From assembly GCA_009914755.4 (NCBI GenBank), contig CP068257.2, positions 10,560,001 through 10,624,000 on the forward strand: a stretch of DNA of 64,000 bases, written 5' to 3'. The position numbers were made by a program, and so were the translations under genes. Under the pieces are notes generated by a model. It was not told the origin of the DNA. It ran no database searches and was given only the letters and a program-made list of their open reading frames with translations. Of this stretch, positions 58,477 to 64,000 are shown piece after piece (the first letter of the stretch is position 1; each line of letters opens with the position of its first letter). Origin of the DNA: the human T2T-CHM13v2.0 reference genome, Homo sapiens.

Positions 58477-60573
58477 CTATCCAAAGTGATCTAGAGATAC
58501 AATGCAATCCCTATCAAATTTCCAAAGGCATTTTTCACAAAAATAGAAAACACAATTCTAAAATTTGTATTAAATCATAAAAGACCCTGAATAGCCAAAA
58601 GAATCTTGAGAAAGAAAAACAAAGTAGAAGGTATCACACTACCTGATTTCAACTTATATTACAAAGTGATAGTTATCAAAACGTATGGTACTGGCATAAA
58701 AGCAGACACATGGATCAATGGAACTGAATACAGAGCCCAAAAATAAACCCAAACATATATTATGAGCTAATTTTTGACAAGTCCAATAAGATACAATAGG
58801 GAAAAGATGGTGTCTTCAATAAGTAGTGGTAAGAAAACTAGATATCTATATGCAAAAGAATGAAACTGGACCTGATGCCTGTCTTACACATCATACATAA
58901 AAAGCAACTCAAAATAGATTAAATACCTAACACCTGAAACCATAAAACTCCTAGAAGGAAATATAGGAGAAAAACTCCTTAATATCCTCCTTGACAATGA
59001 TTTTTTGGATATCACACCAAAAGCTCAGGTAGCAAAAGCAAAATTAAGCAAGTGGGACTACATCAAGCAAATAAGCTTCTGCATAGCAATAAAAAAAAAC
59101 CAAACGGGGTAAAAAGGTAGCACAGGGATTAGGGGAAAATATTGGCAAACCACACATCTGATAAGGCGTTAAAATCCAAAACATATAAGGAACTCACACA
59201 ACTCAGTAGCAAAAAAAAAACCCCAAATAACTGGATTTTAAAATAGGCAAGGACCTGAATAGCCATTTTTCCAAAGTCACACAAATGGTCAAATGGTATA
59301 TGAAAAGATGCTCAACATCATAATCATGAGGAAAATGAAAATTAAAACCACAATAGATATCATCTCGTGTCTCTTAGAATGACTATTAACAAAAAGGCAA
59401 AGACATAAGTGTTGGTGAGGATGTGTAGAAAATGAAACCTTTGTACATGGTTGATAGGAATGTAAATTAGTATAGCCATTATTGAAAACAGTATAGAGTT
59501 TCCTTAAAAAAAATACAACTACCATAAGATCCAACAATGCCTCTGTTGGGCATATATTCAAAGGTAATAAAATCAGCATCTGAGAGAGACATCTGCACTC
59601 CCACGTTCATGGCGGCATTACTCCCAATAGCCAAGATATGGAAACAAACTAAGTGTCCTAATGGACAATTTACTTACCCATTCAAGGACAGATGAATGGA
59701 TAAAGAAATTGTGACGTTTGTATATACATATATTAAGTCCTCCCTTAATGTCATCAATAGGTTCTTGGGAACTGAGACGTTAAGCTAAATGAACATACAG
59801 CAGGTCCTCAAGTAACACTGTTTCCTTCAATCTAATTTTGGCATAATGCAAAATGAAAAAAAAATCAGTTTTGTCATACTTTTTTTTCGCCTCTTAACCA
59901 CAGTTTCTAAGAACTTACTGATGACAATGAGGACTTTATACAATGGGATAGTTAGCTTTAAGAAAGGAGATACTGCCATTTGTGACAACATGGATGAACT
60001 GGGAGGAAAGTATGCTAAATAAAGTAAGCCAGACACAGAAAAATACTGTATGATCTCACTTAAGAAGCAGAATGGGAGGCAGGGGGGTGAGAAACTGAAT
60101 GTATAGAGAGTAGAATGGTGGTTATCAAGGGTCTGGAGGTAGGGGATGGGTAGGATGGGCAGAAGTGGGTCAGAGGGTACAAATCTGCAGTTAGGTAAGA
60201 TGAATAATTCTAGAGATCAAATTAATACACAGCATGAGAACCATAGTTAATAATATTGTGTACTGAAAATTTGCTGAAAGAGATTTTAGGTGTACACACA
60301 CAGAGAGTAACTATGGAAGGTGAAGGATACAGACATTTGTTTGACCATAGTAATCATTTCACTATGTATACAAAGCATGTTGTATACCTCAGATATGTAT
60401 AATAAAAATAAATGAAAAAAAAAAAAACTGTATCCTACCTGCCAAAAACAGTTTCAAATGCATTATGTCTTTGGATTTAGCAAGGAATTCACCTTTGCAG
60501 GCCCACTTACATACAACATTATAAATATACCAGGTGATTCATTGTACTATTCACAGTAAAAGATTGAAAGAAA

Positions 60574-61159
<586 letters not shown>

Positions 61160-63450
61160 TCACTGTTTACCTTTTTATTATTTTCCAATTTTAAATCATT
61201 TGAATGTATAACTTGTCTAAAAATCAAATTTTAAAAGTTGAGGGAATTAACATTACAGAAAGTAACAAACCTCAAGGAAGCAGCCACCTTCACCAGATGG
61301 ACAGTCTACCTCACTCTTCCCACGCTCCAGTAGTTACTGAATGCCAGTCCCCTCCCTCCATTCAGTCTGCCCCACCTGCTGGCCTTCTAGAGCCTCAGTG
61401 CAGTCCTATTCCTACACCTCCAAACACATCCATACACTGTGATGGTCGATCTGCGACCACCAGTTGAGAGGAAATGTGTTGTGTTTCCACACTTCAGACA
61501 AACAGAGTGTTATTTTATTGAGGTTTGGGATTTTTTTCTTGCATTAACAGGGTTTCTAGATCCCAGTAGGTGAATGAGAAAGAAGTATGCTTTTATTGCG
61601 TAAGGAATTTGTTTCTGATACACCAAAGTGATAATGTATGACTTTTCTTAAAGAAGTGGTTATTAGAAGAGTTAAAAATCAATAGAAACAAAAAGTCATA
61701 GGTATTGTTCCAATACTCCAGGAACATCACAATTTGGATTCTGTAGATGTGTGTAATATAATGTGTAATATTACATTCTGACAACCTCAAGTTGAAAACT
61801 GCACAGCTGAAGATCACTTATAGTCAATAACACTTTTCAAACTTTAATTTTAAATTCATCAAGTCTCTCCCTAATGTAACATACTTTTTAATAAAGGAAA
61901 CTGTCAGAGATGCTATAATACAGAGGAAAACGTTTATATACTCTTTCATTATAATTTTTCCACAACTTCCAAAATGAAGAAAAAGACATGGAAACATTAA
62001 GTTCAGAGAATAATTGTGGCAGACAATTCCCTCCTCCTGAAAGTTCAGTTACCCCAACACAGGCATAATTTCTTACTGTCTCAAAAGGAACTGAATTCAC
62101 ATATAAAGACAAACGTGGGATTTTGTTGAGTTCTGTTGGACACAGAACACAATTGCTCAAGCACTGGTTGGGCACTTGTATTCTAATAGCTCACGGTTAC
62201 TGAGCACTCCATGTCTGGGAAGAGCCAGTGCTGGGTGCCTGGCATGCATCCTTGCACCTCATCAGCACAACTATCCTATGGGCTCATCCTGGTTCACCTA
62301 TTTTATAAATGAGAACACTAACATCAGAGAAGTTAAAAAATTTGCCTAAAAACATCCAGAGTAGGTTTCATCGTTGCCCACTACTTTATAATGCTTTCCC
62401 AAGGGTACTGAGACGTTATCAAAACATGTTAGTGAAACAGTCTAAAACATCACAAATTTTAGGTTTAATACAAAATACCCAGAAAATGGCAGCATTATTA
62501 GAAATCTCAGCATAATGTAATAATAAGAACTTATGATGATTGTATTCTTTTCCTATTTTTTCTCCCGTACAGGCATATGAAAAACCATAAAACTTATTTT
62601 AGGGGTGTGTGTGTCCATGTAGTTTCAGGATAATATAGTAATCTAAAACATTTTTAATATGGCAAAGTGTGGCAATACTAAATTTTTAAAAAGGATTTTT
62701 ATTTAGCAAACAGAAAGCAAAAATGTTGTCCAAGAAACATGCATTTATTTTATCCCTAGGAATGTACCTTTCCTTCTGCAAAGGATGTGAGATCCTGGCA
62801 TGCAAATGAACATGAGGATACAGTATATTCAATTCCTTAAATTCTAAAATTGTCTTAGCATTTAACATCCAACACACTAAACAATCTTTTTTCATATTCA
62901 ATAAAAATAAGGACAAATTCAGTAAATTCAGATGGGCTATTTTATCACGTAAATTTTAAAAAAGCAAGGGTAATTTTTCAACTGATTTTCTTTTACCCTG
63001 ATACGAGTCAATGAGAAAATATGAAATTGAAACATATCACCATTTCTCAGTGTTTACAAGTGGTAAGTCACAAGGAAAACCTTCCAAGGTCTTCTGTGTT
63101 GTTTTTAAAAGGTATTATAATCACATAATTTGGGAAACAATGTGTACTATTATCAAGAAACCTTTCATATTTTGTGAAATGAAGCACTTCCCAAATTTAA
63201 GAGACTATGGAAACCTTTTTCAGACATTTTTTAACATCCTCAGAAGTGGAAATTCTTGTTAATGCTGATCTGATCAATTCCTCCAAGTATATGGACTACT
63301 TCTTTGCAAACTCCAAGCCCCCAAATCAAATTACCTGTTCAACTGTATCTGAAAATCAGTTACATAAAAGCATCAGAAAGTGTTTCTCCCAGCAACATAG
63401 ACCCAAAACACACTACAAAACAAAAATTATCAAGAACATACAAAAGACAT

Positions 63451-63812
<362 letters not shown>

Positions 63813-64000
63813 TCACTGATCTACCTGTCATAACTCTTGCACCTAATCATCTACTTATATCATAGGAGAGTGTTCCTCTTAAAATATAAATAAGATCATG
63901 GTGTTCTTCTTTTCAGGAACATTCAATGGCCTCTCATTCCATTGCTATTAAGCACAAACTACTGACACACCACCTTATGGTTGTGTGAGATATACTGAGC

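Overview
Human genomic DNA, about half interspersed repeats: roughly 27 Alu elements, several L1 fragments, one Tigger-like DNA transposon and one MaLR LTR. No prokaryotic-style gene system is present.

I could support three things from the sequence. First, the 5' half of a TPTE-family gene (voltage-sensor phosphatase) runs on the minus strand. Seven exons are recognisable with intact AG/GT splice sites, from the start-codon exon at 28006-28059 down to the S1-S2 transmembrane exon at 5548-5709. Second, a CpG island at 44205-45720 (GC boxes, an E-box, a G13 run) lies about 16 kb upstream of the start-codon exon; it is the likely TPTE promoter and may be bidirectional. Third, 5-7 kb further upstream there are two phase-compatible exons on the minus strand that encode KMT2C (MLL3) peptide (BAGE/MLL3P-type juxtacentromeric duplication). 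This points to the chr21 BAGE2-TPTE neighbourhood or a paralogous chr13/acrocentric copy.

The most interesting structure is a roughly 1 kb-unit tandem array at about 20.7-32.2 kb, with one diverged solo unit at 38.3-39.2 kb. Each unit carries a 51-54 nt exon-like cassette at a fixed position. Four cassettes are the real 54-nt exons encoding the N-terminal S-P-x-T... repeats of TPTE. At least four more are pseudo-exons, two of which are still open and splice-competent. So the repeated N-terminus of TPTE is encoded by exons embedded in an intronic macrosatellite.

Other notable features: an ~80-bp tandem array beside an antisense L1, an STR forming the polypyrimidine tract of a TPTE exon, a NAGNAG acceptor, perfect inverted repeats, and many Alu target-site duplications. 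Gene identities come from remembered protein sequences, not from a database search.
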